Made by a program: the position numbers and the translations under genes | Assembly (NCBI GenBank): GCA_001600815.1 | Contig: BCKZ01000025.1 | Location: forward strand, 62,001 to 126,000 | Direction: 5' to 3' | Origin: Alloascoidea hylecoeti | Lineage: Eukaryota | Length of the DNA stretch: 64,000 nucleotides | Notes under the pieces: generated by a model | What the model was told of the DNA's origin: nothing | Databases searched by the model: none | Seen by the model: only the letters and a program-made list of their open reading frames with translations | In this document: in pieces, positions 34,309 to 46,124 of the stretch | Layout of the letters: each line of letters opens with the position of its first letter | Position numbering within the stretch: the stretch's first letter is position 1

Positions 34309-35003
34309 TTCTCTCGCATATTATACCCATATACTATTTAATATATACCCTTGTCATGATATAATGTTTGAATTGAATTCTGTCGCATTTTTTTCTCCGT
34401 TTGTTTACTCATCTTCTTTGCTCATATACTTGCATATAAGGCTTATAAACTGATTTTTACTAATTATCATGATAGATTGGGTGATCTATACTAGTAACCG
34501 TTCGTAAGTATTATCCCTAGAACTGTTTTATAATTTAGGTTGATTTTAATGACTGGAAATGAATCATTCCACTTAGATTAAGTCACCTACGTAAGAGACT
34601 AACTAATATTGGGGATGTTGATAAATATAAATATTTTATCAGTCAGCTTCTATAAGCTAAATATTCTGCCATTATACAGGCGGGTGAGCGCTCGAGTCGA
34701 ATAGGCTAATAAAAAAAAGGAACGATACAGTGGAAATGAAGATACCATCTTTAAGAATCTCAATTTTGAACTAATTGAAGGTACAGCATATAAACACCCA
34801 TACTTAAAAATTGGATTTCTCGAAAGATTTCTTTGAGATCATTTTGAAAACTGGATATATGATAGATTGAGTTCAGCTTTCTGGTGGAGGAAAAAAGACG
34901 TGTAGTGGTGATTTCTTACTAATATATTTTTGTGTATATTAATTAGTTTATATCATTTTATATACCATATGCAATTTATTCATCATCTATCTCTATTTCA
35001 AGA

Positions 35004-38000
35004 TCAGTTTATTCTTTCTTTTTTCGCAATGCAATATCTATCTTCGACTTGAATAGCTTCATAAGTTCCCTGTAAATTAGTCATAATCCTATATTCATAA
35101 TCATATATTTCCGTGACTGTATGAGGCTCTACAATTTCCGTTTTAGTATATCTCCCACTTTTTCTTCGTGTATCCCTCTTTTTCAAAGCGTGGTTGGTAT
35201 GATCACTGTCATCAACTTCATCTGTTCGTATATATGTTAAAGTAAAAGGTGGGGTACCACTAAAAGTAAACACAAGTTCAGCCCTATCACCTTCATGTAT
35301 ATTTGTTAGACCTTGTGTAATCTCAACCGATGGTATGGGGTGGACAGTTAAAGATAAGTCATCAGCATTAGCTGTGTAGTTCACCAAACAATCAGACGCA
35401 CTATCTGACAAAGATATGACTTTTAAATCACCTGTACTGGAAGCAAACCTAGAAAATGTATCGGCTTTTGCTAATTGTCTGGCATTATTAAATTCATAGG
35501 TTACATTAAATGGTGAAACACCAGTCATGTCAAATTTAACAATATCACCTACGCAATAATGATTTCTTCCAACATCTCTTTTTCTAATTTTTGGAATATC
35601 AGATACTGATATTAAAACTGAATTTGGATTGGAACTTGAGCCATATTCTCGATACTTTGAATTTATAGATGCCAATTTATCTTGAGCACAACCATTTCCA
35701 TCAGTGACTTCTTCAATTGTTACTGTATGTTTACCTAACGTAAGTTGATCGTAAATATTTTCGTTGAGGATAAAGTTATTTGTATCGATATTCTCAAAAT
35801 ACAATCTATCTGTTTTACCATTACTCTCATGTGATACAGACAACGAGAGAGTGAAGGGAGGCTGACCAGTTAGCTGAATTGGAATAGCTTCGTAATCATT
35901 ACGGATAACATTCTTATCGGGGACACATGTTTTATAAAATTTACCCTTGCGTGTAAACTCTGCACTAGGAAGTTGTCTAACATTTTGAATAACTGTAATT
36001 TTGTTATTTTCATTTTTATTTTTTGATTCATAACGAGCATCACTGATTCCATGGAATGTATATTTGAATTGTCCTGGATCTGATGTCTCAAGTTTAATGG
36101 ATGCATATCTAGTTGCAACTTGCATCGATGTATCTTTTTTGCGTAAAGCAGAATTAGCCAGAGGAGTAACAGAGTAATAAATTTTGAATGGTGGTGATCC
36201 AGTAAGCGTTAAGTCCACTGAATCTTCACCATCTTGACAAACTTTAATCATTTCATAAGTTTTATCATCCAACTTTTTAAGTTTTGGAGAGTCAACAAGA
36301 GATAGACTTGGTCTCTCTAGCCATGATATATTAAATTCCCTACCTTCGTTAGAAACCTCACCTGGGCAGAACTGATCTCTGACAGAAGAAAGAACATATG
36401 TTCCAGCATTTGATACTCGTAAAAATTCTCCGTTGGCCCTCTTAATAGTTATATGTCTATCTCCTCCAATTTTTTTCCCGGAAATAGGTTCAACCTCGTA
36501 ATAGGTAATGTCATAGGGTGGTTTCCCGCTAACCTGAAGAGGCAATGGGACAGTGGCACCTTCAAGACTTTGAATAGATAGCATGTCATCAATGGGCAAA
36601 AATCTAACTTTGGGACGTTGTCTGGGGACATCAACAATGACATCGTTAACATTTAAAGTTGAAACGCAACCATTTCCATCTTCCACTGAAACCAATGAAA
36701 CCGTATAAGAACCACCAAAGGTCAATTTTGGAGTGGAAATTTCAACATCATAGGTGTTAATATCATTGATAACATATGGGCTTCTTTTGGATGTTCCCTG
36801 TGCAATTTCATAGTTTAATTTGAACGGTGGAACACCATTTAATTTGACTGGTAATAAGACACTGTCACCAGAACATGATCTCATACGCGAGTGGCGTGTA
36901 TTAAAAGATGCACTTGCCATAACTCTTGCTATTTGTTCTACCTTAAAGACCTTCTCATCTAATTTAATACCATTATAAATTGCATCACTCAAACTCTTAA
37001 AATGATAAACATATGTAGCAGCAGCGTTGGGTTTGAATTCAAATTGGTATCTTGTATTTGTAATCTTTTTGTTTTTATTTTCAATAACTACACCATCTTG
37101 CGTAATTGTGTAGAAGATTGTGAAAGGTGGAGTACCCGTAAAAGTGAATGCAGCTTTCAATCCAATAGAACCTACACATTTATCTTCAATCTTATCAAAT
37201 TGTGCAACAACATTTGGCTCAGGTGGAACTAGGACTAAACAAGTAGAAGGTTCAAGAATATCACCAAGACAATGGGATCCAGAAACACCTCTTATTGTAT
37301 AAGTACCCGGTTTCTTTACAGAAAGTTGTCTTGATTTTGTAAATGTGTGATTGAATATAACAGCATCGAGAAGCTCGTCATTTTCGCCTTCTTCAACAAA
37401 TTCGAATTCGACATTATAAGACCCATCACTTTCATCACCAGCTAAATGGATTGAAATGTCTGTAGAGCTTCCTCTAGAAAGCTTTCTAGGATATTCCATA
37501 GAACAGTCAGAAAACTTTAATTTTGGTCTTTCATGCACAGAAAAGAAGTGTATAAGTTTTCTCGCTTCCAGTTCTCGAAAATTTTCATAATCATCATATG
37601 TTGAGGTGAAGTTGATTAAATTTCCAAGAGCATCTTCAACTTCGTCAATTCTATACCAATAATCACCTTTGGCTGATAAACTTGTATCAAGACTGACGTC
37701 AACAGTTTCCGAAATTGCCCAATTTAACTTATTTTTACCATCCCAAAAGAAGCCTGGTGTATTTCCTGCCTGTAATGGAGAATTGAATCCATCCGGTTGA
37801 AGACTTTGTACCGCAAATGGGTTAACTTTATCGTTAATCTTTTTCCTATATCTAAGTCTTAATGGGGGTACACCAGTGACATATATTTTTGGCCGATCAA
37901 CTTCACCAACACATCGATGTTCACTTTCTGAGGATAAGATATACGCGTTTGGACAATTTGGAACCATGACATCGGATCGATAAAGACGAACATCTAAGTT

Positions 38001-38777
38001 AGAGGCATCTTTCACTTTGGCTAATCGGTACAAACCAGGATTTGAAACAGAAAGTTCTAGATCTATAATTCTTGGCTTATTTGGAGATATATGATATTTT
38101 TGTTTTACTAATTTTGTGATCTCTTTTTTACTGAAATTAACAGTGAATCTTTCATTGGTATGAAAATCGTAGCGATACAATTGGATAAATGATGGATCAC
38201 TAGAATTGAACCTAATAGGAATATTAATTGGGTGATTTTTACTTTCCACACAGTGAGAAATTCCTTCAGGGTTAAGATAGGCTGTACTTTCTGGCAAGAT
38301 TTGGATTCTATGTTTTCCTTTTAAATGTGCATTGGAATTCAAAATCTCTCTCGGTTTCACTTTTGTTCCAGTAAGAGACAATTCAATCGATATATCATCC
38401 GAAGATATAGCCCATAATGACATTAGGAGAGATGAAAAGGGGAAACTAGTTGCTGTTGTTAAAAAGATCGTAGACAAAGCCATACAGAGAATCTGTAGAA
38501 TCGAAACCAATGGCGTAAAGGTCAACCAGGAGACCCTAAAAACAGGTAAAATCCACAAATATATTCCATCTAATAATAAATATTTGAAGGCAAACATGAC
38601 CTCTGCCCCTGTGAATAGTCCCTGCTTTAACCGAATCCAATCATATAGTTTCCAAGCTTGTATTAAGACAAATATGCTAATTAGGTAGAGTCTTTGCTGT
38701 GCGACATCTATCACTGTCGGACTGATTAGCGGCCGCGATTGACGTCTCGCATTCCTGTTTATATGCGAATCAGCCAT
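35004..38777 (-). CDS. POM152: Transmembrane nucleoporin Pom152
   Basis: PLISPTVIDVAQQRLY..QAWKLYD, HLKGKHRIQILPE, repeated Ig-like units with G-x-P-P-F motifs, YEAIQVEDRYC ending. Confidence 0.95.
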   Translation of the reverse strand: MADSHINRNARRQSRPLISPTVIDVAQQRLYLISIFVLIQAWKLYDWIRLKQGLFTGAEVMFAFKYLLLDGIYLWILPVFRVSWLTFTPLVSILQILCMALSTIFLTTATSFPFSSLLMSLWAISSDDISIELSLTGTKVKPREILNSNAHLKGKHRIQILPESTAYLNPEGISHCVESKNHPINIPIRFNSSDPSFIQLYRYDFHTNERFTVNFSKKEITKLVKQKYHISPNKPRIIDLELSVSNPGLYRLAKVKDASNLDVRLYRSDVMVPNCPNAYILSSESEHRCVGEVDRPKIYVTGVPPLRLRYRKKINDKVNPFAVQSLQPDGFNSPLQAGNTPGFFWDGKNKLNWAISETVDVSLDTSLSAKGDYWYRIDEVEDALGNLINFTSTYDDYENFRELEARKLIHFFSVHERPKLKFSDCSMEYPRKLSRGSSTDISIHLAGDESDGSYNVEFEFVEEGENDELLDAVIFNHTFTKSRQLSVKKPGTYTIRGVSGSHCLGDILEPSTCLVLVPPEPNVVAQFDKIEDKCVGSIGLKAAFTFTGTPPFTIFYTITQDGVVIENKNKKITNTRYQFEFKPNAAATYVYHFKSLSDAIYNGIKLDEKVFKVEQIARVMASASFNTRHSRMRSCSGDSVLLPVKLNGVPPFKLNYEIAQGTSKRSPYVINDINTYDVEISTPKLTFGGSYTVSLVSVEDGNGCVSTLNVNDVIVDVPRQRPKVRFLPIDDMLSIQSLEGATVPLPLQVSGKPPYDITYYEVEPISGKKIGGDRHITIKRANGEFLRVSNAGTYVLSSVRDQFCPGEVSNEGREFNISWLERPSLSLVDSPKLKKLDDKTYEMIKVCQDGEDSVDLTLTGSPPFKIYYSVTPLANSALRKKDTSMQVATRYASIKLETSDPGQFKYTFHGISDARYESKNKNENNKITVIQNVRQLPSAEFTRKGKFYKTCVPDKNVIRNDYEAIPIQLTGQPPFTLSLSVSHESNGKTDRLYFENIDTNNFILNENIYDQLTLGKHTVTIEEVTDGNGCAQDKLASINSKYREYGSSSNPNSVLISVSDIPKIRKRDVGRNHYCVGDIVKFDMTGVSPFNVTYEFNNARQLAKADTFSRFASSTGDLKVISLSDSASDCLVNYTANADDLSLTVHPIPSVEITQGLTNIHEGDRAELVFTFSGTPPFTLTYIRTDEVDDSDHTNHALKKRDTRRKSGRYTKTEIVEPHTVTEIYDYEYRIMTNLQGTYEAIQVEDRYCIAKKERIN

Positions 38778-38851
38778 CTTCACAAGAATATGTGAAAAAT
38801 TGTAAAATTGTAAAATTGTGAGAAAAGTGAAAAGTTGAAAAGTAAACAAAA

Positions 38852-38863
38852 TATCACGTGATA
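38852..38863. promoter_or_regulatory. Palindromic E-box TATCACGTGATA (Cbf1-type) in the divergent promoter
   Basis: 12-bp perfect palindrome containing RTCACGTG in the 128-bp POM152/orphan spacer. Confidence 0.5.
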
Positions 38864-38905
38864 ACAACTTAAATATTAATAAGCTATGAGCATTACTATC
38901 TTCAC

Positions 38906-41173
38906 ATGAACTCGATTAGCAACATGGGCTTTTCGGAGGGTTATGCTCTCCAATTGAACGAGAATATTTCTTTAGAATCAGAATTAGAGAAAGAATGTCA
39001 GAATCTGAAGAAGTTATTTGAGCAAAAGGATGATGTGCTCATCAAAAGTAGTTTAAGTCGACTTCGTAAAGCCCTTAAACTTTGTTGCCAAGAAGATGAG
39101 CTATTGCCTGAATGCCTGGAATGGGCGGTATTGGTAGCATTCAATGTATTCTGTTTTTATGGGACACTTCTATCTCAGACAATAGAGACACAGGAATTAA
39201 CTACACAAGCTTCAAATGTGCTTTTCAGGATGTTAAATGACTTCCCGTGGGTTCGAGTATGCTTGCAAAAGGATCCACAATTCGAAAAGTTTGTAACAAA
39301 GTGCTTTTTATCATTAGGAGGCACAAATAAACCTACAGATTTTTTTATGGAGGAGTTGGTTACAATGCTATGGTGCAATGCTCAAATCGATGAATTGATG
39401 CAAATGGCGATGGTCAAAGGGTCTTATATTGAACTATTAATAATGTGTGCCTATCATAAACCAAATATGAAAACTGGTTTTTTATTCAATTTACTGGAAA
39501 TTTTATTAAATCGATTATACAGACAATCGCGTGCTGATTGTATTTTTAGTGATAGTTTCAATAGTTACTTCCCAGAATATGGTGTTTCTTTAATAATGGC
39601 TTCGGGTATAAGGGCAGCAAAGAACTTTTCTGACAGTGGTTATTTCATAGATTTCAATAATTATGGACGAAGAGCAGCCAACCAAGATCAATCACATGTA
39701 GCAATTCATTGTTTAAATTGTCTACTTACTATTCTTAAATTTGATGGCACTCGAATGTTACAAACATTAAATACCCTACGGAAAGAAAAAGCTTTCAATA
39801 GAAAAATGGAAAAATATCCTGAAGAAATCGATGAATGTAAAATTTATGGGGTGACCCAAATCAAAGAATTGATTGGAAGACTTGACACGATAAACGATAT
39901 CCATCATTATCGGGTTATTTATGAAATCTTCACACCAGAAGAGCTGAATTATGAAAAAAATCATGACAAAGAATTATCCCAACCAGAATTTTTCTTAAGA
40001 CTATTTAAATATATTGAAATGGTTTTGAATATAGAAGATGCTAGATTCGGCGAAACTAGATTGTTGGAGTACTGTCATAGGGTCACACTATCAATTAAAC
40101 AAATGTCTTTCTCCAACAGTCTATATCTATCTTTGGGACATGAAGAACTGATGAAATATATCTACGACGTATATTTAGGTAGAGGAATTGCATATCTAGG
40201 TGGTAGTGCAATTCTATTGATATTCTCATTGAATCGCCGTGTGTTCTGTTCAAACATCGATAGAGAGTTTCCAGATGCTGTGTCAAGAATCATGAAATAT
40301 TTGACATATTATAGGGAATACAAATTTGGTGATTTTGAACAAAATGAGTATTCCTCGGAGGATGAAGGGGAAGATGAAGATGAAGATCGTATCTCACCTT
40401 TAAGTTCAAATAGAAACATGTTTCGACCTGTTGATGGTGATGGAAGATATTTGGCGGAAAGATCATCGGATACGGGATTCCATAGATCATACTACACTGT
40501 ATTTTATGAGATACTGTTTATTTTACATTCATTGCTGGAGAACGGTGAAGCAAACACGATTTTTTTTTATAACAATATCAATATGTTTAAGCAATGTTTA
40601 CGGAATAACAATAAACTTATGAGAAATGATAAAATTGTGGAACAATTATATTATTTGATATTAACCTCATTTTCACATACAATACCAGAGTTGGATGATA
40701 AATGCTTAGACATTGCAATGGAGTTGGTAAAGGATTTAGACACAATACACTATACAATTGAACTACGGGCTGCAGTTTGCACATTTCTTAAGACTATAAT
40801 CCGACATGAGAAACTATCATTATTAAAAGGACCTAACAATGATGGAGAACCAGCTAGAAAACTACTACCTATACTTCTAGATTCTACATCAGCTTCTTAT
40901 ACGGAATATTCAGAAGTTGAGCTTCGTATAATGAAACTGATTGCAGAATGTAGGAATAATGTTTATAGCTTTGCACAAAATCAGCGTGATACAATAAACT
41001 TATTACTACGGTATAAGAATAGATCTGAAATTGATGAGGTGTTTTCTTATGTGACTGAAACGAGGGACTTAATGAAATATAAAGGTGATTACCGATCATG
41101 CCTTCAAGACTTATCAAATTTGTGCAATAAAATGATTGATTGGATTGATGAAAAAAGTGGGTTAGGCTTGTAG
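38906..41173 (+). CDS. Hypothetical 755-aa protein, probably alpha-helical repeat; family not recognised
   Basis: Long uninterrupted ORF with Leu/Cys-rich amphipathic composition and an acidic loop. Confidence 0.75.
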   Translation: MNSISNMGFSEGYALQLNENISLESELEKECQNLKKLFEQKDDVLIKSSLSRLRKALKLCCQEDELLPECLEWAVLVAFNVFCFYGTLLSQTIETQELTTQASNVLFRMLNDFPWVRVCLQKDPQFEKFVTKCFLSLGGTNKPTDFFMEELVTMLWCNAQIDELMQMAMVKGSYIELLIMCAYHKPNMKTGFLFNLLEILLNRLYRQSRADCIFSDSFNSYFPEYGVSLIMASGIRAAKNFSDSGYFIDFNNYGRRAANQDQSHVAIHCLNCLLTILKFDGTRMLQTLNTLRKEKAFNRKMEKYPEEIDECKIYGVTQIKELIGRLDTINDIHHYRVIYEIFTPEELNYEKNHDKELSQPEFFLRLFKYIEMVLNIEDARFGETRLLEYCHRVTLSIKQMSFSNSLYLSLGHEELMKYIYDVYLGRGIAYLGGSAILLIFSLNRRVFCSNIDREFPDAVSRIMKYLTYYREYKFGDFEQNEYSSEDEGEDEDEDRISPLSSNRNMFRPVDGDGRYLAERSSDTGFHRSYYTVFYEILFILHSLLENGEANTIFFYNNINMFKQCLRNNNKLMRNDKIVEQLYYLILTSFSHTIPELDDKCLDIAMELVKDLDTIHYTIELRAAVCTFLKTIIRHEKLSLLKGPNNDGEPARKLLPILLDSTSASYTEYSEVELRIMKLIAECRNNVYSFAQNQRDTINLLLRYKNRSEIDEVFSYVTETRDLMKYKGDYRSCLQDLSNLCNKMIDWIDEKSGLGL

Positions 41174-41936
41174 CTGGATACCGGTAACTTTAGCTATAGA
41201 GGATTTTAGATTATTTTGATTTTTGATTTTTTTTTATACTATATTTACATATCGATATCTTTAAACATATTTGATACTCATATTAGCTTAAGCTTAATTA
41301 TATAATATGATCTAGAAAATTATTCTATAATGCGTGCTACGAGAACTTGCGACATTACGATGCAAGACTTCTTTTATCTTGGAAGGGGTGTTTTTCCATA
41401 TAGTACAAATATAGAAATGTCTGGTAATAGAGATAATGATACTGATGAACATATGGCATGTCATATATACGTAGATGGATGAGATTAAATCCTGATCAAG
41501 ATTGAATTGATGACGATATTGATAATAAGAAGCATAATTTGAAGAAAAAGATGGTCTCATGATATTTTATAATTATATGAACAGATAACCGCAGCTTCTC
41601 TCACATGTTAAGTATTCATGGTAAAAAGTATTTTTCAATTATTTAACCTTGGATGATGAAAAGCTTCAAATTATAATAAGAACACGGTAGATTATGACAC
41701 TAAGACTACCGGAATATGATCTAGAAACATTCATTTGATCATCGAGATGGTAATATGTTCTGCAAGACAGCAGTAGAAGCAGTTTTAACCACCAAAATCT
41801 ATCCGAATCTTCGGGTGTAACATTTTTCGATTGTACACAACTTTATTATTAGCTAGTGTCATGTTTAAAATACCTACTAAAATTCCAAATTGCTTGATCT
41901 TCTTTTTACTTCCACTTTTATAATCGAAAAGAAATT

Positions 41937-43556
41937 ATGGAGACAACTGAGCCTTTGCTTCAAGAAACTCGAGATCACGATCATGATAAGAAGAGTTCTC
42001 TAAGGACATCGTTCAATGATGTCATTAGCTACTCTAAATCAACACTTCAAATGTTAAGAAAATATTTATCATTTATTGGTCCGGGAATAATGATCAGCGT
42101 AAGCTACCTAGATCCAGGAAACTATAGTACTTCAGTATCTGGCGGTGCTGCTTACCAATACAAACTATTGTTCGCAATCTTCGTCTCGAACATCTGCGCC
42201 GTTGTGTTACAGACTCTTTGTGTTAAACTTGGTAGTGTTACTGGTCTAAATTTAGCTGAGAACTGTCGAAAACATCTGCCACAGAGGGTTAACATCGTTA
42301 TTTATGTTTTAGCTGAAATCTCGATTATTGCTACTGATCTGGCCGAGGTTATTGGTACTGCCATTGGTCTGGATATCTTATTTCACATCCCTTTGGTATA
42401 TGGTCTTTGCTTAACAATCGTGGATGTTCTTGTTATTCTTATCGTCTATCGTCCAAACAGCAGCATGAATATCACCAGGATATTCGAAGGTCTAGTGTCA
42501 TTTTTCGTGATATTAACATGTATATGCTTCGTCTTTGAGCTGAATGCCGTCAATATCCCCGATACACGAGAAGTTTGGAAAGGATTTTTACCGTCAAAAG
42601 CACTTACAGAGGAGAAAGGGCTATATTTGTCACTTGCTATTCTAGGTGCTACTGTCATGCCCCATAGTTTATATTTGGGATCTGGAATTGTTCAAACAAG
42701 ATTAATGAATTATGATCTCAAGGAGGGGAACTACACACATCCTGATGAAGAAGAAGTAGATGATGAGCCTCACGATATGCTCTATACAGGTGATTTGGAT
42801 AGAAAATATAAACCCACTGTACAAGCACTTAAATATGCCATGAATTATTCTATTGCTGAACTCGTTGTTTCTTTATTTACAATTGCTACGTTTGTTAACA
42901 GTGCCATTCTTATAGTCGCTGGTTCAACATTGTCTGGTACTCCAGAAGCTGAAGATGCTGATTTATATTCAATTTATGATATGTTGAGTAAATACCTAAC
43001 ACCAGCAGCAGGTAAAATATTTGCATTGGCTTTATTATTCTCTGGTCAATCCTCGGGTATTGTTTGTACTTTAGCAGGTCAGATGGTATCAGAAGGATTT
43101 CTTCATTGGTCATTTGCTCCTTGGATTCGGCGATTGGTTACTAGATCTATTGCTATTGTTCCTTGTATCATCATCTTTTTCATTGTTGGAGAAAGTGGGG
43201 TCTCAAAGATGCTGAACTTAAGTCAAGTAGTACTTTCTTTACTTTTACCATTTGTATCTGCGCCTTTGATTTTCTTTACTGCCAGTAAAAAGATAATGAG
43301 AATACCAATAGCCTCAAATGTCGACAGTTCATCAGTAAATGATGATACACAACCACTTAAAGACGTCACTACTAGAACTTATAATTCATTTTCACAGCTC
43401 GATGAAGAAACATCCGAAACAATCAAAGAAAAGTATGTAGACTTTAGTAATAGTTTGTTATTTTCTATTATTGGAGGCGTTATCTGGGCATTTATTTCTT
43501 TATTGAATATCTATTTAATTATCGCAATTGCAATGGGGAAAGATGTTCCACTATAA
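41937..43556 (+). CDS. Nramp/SMF divalent metal transporter (paralog not resolved)
   Basis: FIGPGIMISVSYLDPGNY, DLAEVIGTAI, ILGATVMPHSLYLGS, CTLAGQMVSEGF. Confidence 0.95.
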   Translation: METTEPLLQETRDHDHDKKSSLRTSFNDVISYSKSTLQMLRKYLSFIGPGIMISVSYLDPGNYSTSVSGGAAYQYKLLFAIFVSNICAVVLQTLCVKLGSVTGLNLAENCRKHLPQRVNIVIYVLAEISIIATDLAEVIGTAIGLDILFHIPLVYGLCLTIVDVLVILIVYRPNSSMNITRIFEGLVSFFVILTCICFVFELNAVNIPDTREVWKGFLPSKALTEEKGLYLSLAILGATVMPHSLYLGSGIVQTRLMNYDLKEGNYTHPDEEEVDDEPHDMLYTGDLDRKYKPTVQALKYAMNYSIAELVVSLFTIATFVNSAILIVAGSTLSGTPEAEDADLYSIYDMLSKYLTPAAGKIFALALLFSGQSSGIVCTLAGQMVSEGFLHWSFAPWIRRLVTRSIAIVPCIIIFFIVGESGVSKMLNLSQVVLSLLLPFVSAPLIFFTASKKIMRIPIASNVDSSSVNDDTQPLKDVTTRTYNSFSQLDEETSETIKEKYVDFSNSLLFSIIGGVIWAFISLLNIYLIIAIAMGKDVPL

Positions 43557-43929
43557 TAATACAAGATACAATTATCGGTATAAAGGACAATCATGAACAT
43601 AAAAAGACTTTAAAAATAAATTTTGTACTTGATTCCCCTTTGACGATTAACTATTGCATTATACACATACTTTATATTATTGCATGCCCTATATCTATAT
43701 ACTATTGGAATTAGATAATTATTTTTAATTTTATTATTACATAATTGTTGAAATTGGATATAAAAACCTTCTAATACTACAGTCAACGATAATTTTTTTT
43801 TTTTTTTTTTTTTCTTTTTCAGTTTAGTTTATATTGAAAATTATCTAGCCTCATAGCTAAATAAATTCACAAAGGAGATTTAACAACCATTTTCTGATCT
43901 GGTAATATAATTGCAATATTATTTATACC

Positions 43930-45662
43930 TTACCTCCTGCTTCGCCGTCTTAAACTTTGAATACGTTTTGAACCTTGTGGAGTTTGACCTGGTTGAATAA
44001 CAGGAGGCAAAGTACCATTGTAGTTAACTCTTTGGACTGGTAGATAACTGGAAGTCTTTAGAACAGAATTTAGTTGAGCTGGCGTGTAATCTTCTACAAC
44101 TTCACTTAAAAGTCGTTGAACTTTAAAATACAATCTTCTTTCTTCATCGGTTGGTAAAGATACAGCTGCTTGACCTTGAACACCTCCATTAGCTTGATGT
44201 GCAGCTGATGCACTCAGATCTTGATTCACCGATACTAGAATTCTTTTTGTTCGTAGTTCTTCTAATTCAAGAAGCAACTTACTTATTAACTGCAGCTCGG
44301 TTCCATTCTCAAAAGCTTCAATTTCATCATCTCCAATAACACTTCCTGGTGTCCAATTGAAGAGTTTGGCGTAGTCTATAGATTCATTTCCTTGTGATGG
44401 GGCTGGTGATTGTGAAGCATTTGCTTGTTGAGAAAATGGAGTAGTTATGGGGTGAGCCGCACTTGTTCCGTTTTCTTCTATAATATCTTTATCTTTAACT
44501 GGGGGATCTGACACTATTGTTTCTACTTTCTCATCGGGTTTCGTATCATCGGCATCCTTAATTTCAGCATCACCATCATTATCAACTTCTTCCCGTTTCA
44601 AAAGAGGTTGGCCGATATGTTCAAACCAAGTCGACTGAATGGTCTCAGACCCAATTATAGCTCTGTCTTGATCTTTTGATGGAGCAAAGGAGGAATAAAG
44701 TCCATGATCAATCCATTTCGCGCTACGTAACACATATGAGGTAGGATGTGAAAATTTCACCATAATTTCAGTCGGAGGTGCAGCTGGGTGTGGTACGCGC
44801 CCTGGTTGTGGAGATATAAAGCTAAGTTGAGGAGCAGGTATACTTCGAGTTTGTGAGACTACCTTTGCAACAGCGAAAGGTGAAGCTAAACATATAATTG
44901 TTAGGTTTTTTCTTTATTACCGCTCGATGAATAAAAGAGATACTTACGAGCGCTGGTTTGTCCTTCATCCAGAGCAGATTTTCCATTTAAAGATGAGAAA
45001 ACTGGGCCATTCTGTCCAACTACATAATAAGCCTCGGCATTTGGAACGGCAAAAGATGTTTTTATTCTCATAGCATCCTCATTTAATTCTTCCTCCAATT
45101 CTGAAGGTAGTCTTTCACCATTTAAATGCTGTCTCGTTGCATTGAATTCTTGAATATCCATCTGCAACCTATTGGCTTCACGGAGTAAAATCTCAGCAGC
45201 CCATTTGAAAAATCTGTCGGCATGAGTATAAATAGGAGAACCAACTGGAGTTGAAATCAAACAGGAAACTGTTGCGAGTTTCAAATCGTGGAATATCTGG
45301 TAAAGTCGGGAATAATAATTATTATTCAATCTAATTAGAAATGAAGTAGTTTCCAATTCGAGATTTGTTACAGCAGGATGGATTGAAAGTTCCTCATTTA
45401 TTCTCCTAGGATCAGGCTGATCAATATCAGAGGGAAATCGAAAGTTAAGAATAATTGATTCTGGGTCAGCACTGTGAAATAGATAGTTAGGGAATTGCGT
45501 TACATTGCTTCAAATATCATCAAGACTTACGCGGCCAACACTGGAACCAAATTGGATAAAAGAGCCTGAAAAGGGTTTGCAACTGAAAAAGGGGTGTTAA
45601 TAATTTTTTCTATTTTTCTTTATATTTATCCAGTTTATGGAAAAATACATACTGGCAGACAT
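43930..45662 (-). CDS. RSC58: RSC complex subunit Rsc58-like; exons 45662-45653, 45582-45531, 45471-44948, 44885-43930
   Basis: Three canonical introns join in frame. YQIFHDLKL..GSPIYTHADRFFKWAAEILLRE, PVFSSLNGKSALD, PPTEIMVKFSHP, YSSFAPSKD resemble Rsc58. Confidence 0.75.
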
Positions 45663-46124
45663 TATTTTCTCAGTTTTTGTATTTTGGGCTTTTGGCGTTG
45701 TGGAAGGAAAAAAAAGAGTGAGTACTCTGAGGTACGGGTGTTCTCAAATTTAAAATTATGTTACAGCATACTAAATATCGTGGAGTACACAAATTTAATT
45801 CGCCATTTATGAATGTCATTTCGGTGTTCCTGTAAATTAAAGTTGGTCACAGAAACCGGCTTACTGTTTGTAAAGAAGATTAGTCAAATGGGATATTTGA
45901 AATCGCTGTGCTGCTTCTAGCGAGCACGACGAAAAGTGTCTTACCTTTTAACCGTACCTTCCATGGCTTTATCATTAAACCTCCTTCTATATTTTTTTTA
46001 AGATTGTCGGTGAGAGGAACATTGGTTGTAGTAGATTTTCAGACTTTCTGTTTGTAATGTCTATGTGGGCATAATTTTTTTTAACCCCATCGTTATCAAC
46101 ACAACAGCATTATATAAATCATTA

